Under the pieces are notes generated by a model that had not been told where the DNA came from, searched no databases, and saw only the letters and a program-made list of their open reading frames with translations. Source: Leucoraja ocellata (lineage: Eukaryota). From it: a stretch of 64,000 bases of DNA. Shown one piece after another: positions 62,852-64,000 of this stretch. The stretch's first letter is position 1, and each line of letters begins with the position of its first letter. Both the position numbers and the translations under genes were made by a program. The stretch lies in contig JAWMAR010000176.1 in NCBI GenBank assembly GCA_036785375.1, positions 496,001-560,000 on the forward strand, written 5' to 3'.

Positions 62852-62859
62852 TCAGTCAT

Positions 62860-63420
62860 GTCCCACCATTCAATTACATTGTCCTGATCTGTCTCTGGTT
62901 TTAACTCTTCTCCTGTCCAAGTTCCACACAGATCTTAATTCCCTGATCTTTCAAAAATTAATCTCAAGTCGTCTCTTTAAATACTTCTGATAATCTAACC
63001 CCCACAACACCTCGCAAGTTTCCAGAGAATTCCATAGATTCTGTGAAAAGTTCCAATGCGCTTCAGTTCTAAATAACTGTCCCTTTATCTGATAATTATG
63101 CCGTCATTCAAGACTCTCTCACCAACGGAAACAACTCAACGTCTGTCCTGACACATCCTCTTAGGATCTTATGTTTCTGTAAAATCAACCCTCATTTTTG
63201 CAAACCTCAAAGAATATTGATAATTTGTAATAGGACCATCCTCTCATCCCAGGAATTAGCCAAGTAAAACACTTTTTGACTGTTTCCAATTGTAGTATAT
63301 CCTTGATAAATAAGTGGACCAAGATTGCACATAAAATACCAGGTGCAGCCCCATAACAATTGTAATTATATTTAGTTATTTTTAAACTCCATTCCCCCAG
63401 CAATGGTGGCCAAAATGTAA
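62860..63420 (-). mobile_element. Old CR1 3' fragment
   Basis: DILQLETVKKCFTWLIPGMRG on minus. Confidence 0.65.
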
Positions 63421-63437
63421 TGTCATCTTAATTAATG

Positions 63438-64000
63438 TTCAAGAAGGAACTGCAGATGCTGGAAAATCGAAGGTAGACAAAATTGCTGGAGAAACTCTGC
63501 GGGTGAGGCAGCATCTATGGAGCGAAGGAAATAGGCAAAGTTTTGGGCCAAAACCCTTCCTCAGACTGATGCAGGGTGAGGGGCGCGGGAAGAAGAAAGG
63601 AAGAGGAGGAGCCCGAGGGCTGAGGGAGAGCTGAGAAGGGGAGGAGACAGCAAGGGCTACCGGAAATTGGAGAATTCAATGTTCATGCCACTAGGGTGCA
63701 GACTGCCCAAGCGGAATATGAGGTGCTGCTCCTCCAATTTCCGGCGGTGCTCACTCTGGCCATGGAGGAGATCCAGGACAGAAAGGTCGGATTCGGAATG
63801 GCATGGGGAGTTGAAGTGCTGAGCCACCGGGAGATCAGGTTGGTTGATGCGGACCGAGCGGAGATGTTCGGCGAAACCATCACCAAGCCTGCGCTTGGTC
63901 TCACCGATGTAGATCAGCTGCCATCTAGAGCAGCGGATGCAATAGACGAGGTTGGAGGAGATGCAGGTGAACCTCTGTCACACGTCGAACGACTGCTTGG
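63438..64000 (-). mobile_element. Penelope-like element 3' part, runs off the window
   Basis: Highly similar to 44690-45250 (aagaaggaactgcagatgctggaaaatcgaag terminus; LEEQHLIFRLG on minus). Confidence 0.88.

Overview
Eukaryotic genomic DNA from a cartilaginous fish, most likely a skate or ray (inferred from HE1-type SINEs, HER1/CR1 LINEs and Penelope-derived short repeats). The only host gene I can support is GABBR2 (GABA-B receptor subunit 2) on the + strand. Four consecutive coding exons (41018-41128, 43217-43441, 44218-44400, 45933-46062; 111/225/183/130 nt, all GT-AG) encode extracellular loop 2, TM5-TM7 and the start of the coiled-coil tail. Everything else appears to be intron: more than 41 kb upstream and about 18 kb downstream, where I could not find the last exons. 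The introns are packed with decayed, nested transposons: two long CR1 LINEs with zinc-finger/esterase ORF1, many CR1 fragments, an IR/DR Tc1 element, Rex1/Babar-type 3' fragments, Penelope fragments, SINEs and several MITEs. Nearly all ORFs in the track are TE debris or chance frames. I see no convincing new protein-coding system. Best leads: (1) a multi-copy non-coding retroelement family with shared ends, swapped CpG-rich cores and a covarying 3' stem-loop; (2) minimal hammerhead-like motifs in Penelope-derived repeats; (3) a CpG-rich Mutator-like MITE with a 9-bp TSD and a nearby solo terminus; (4) Asn in place of the mammalian AMPK-site serine of GABBR2; (5) a Penelope fragment abutting a GABBR2 splice acceptor. 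TE boundaries without a TSD are approximate, and all homology calls are from memory, not database searches.
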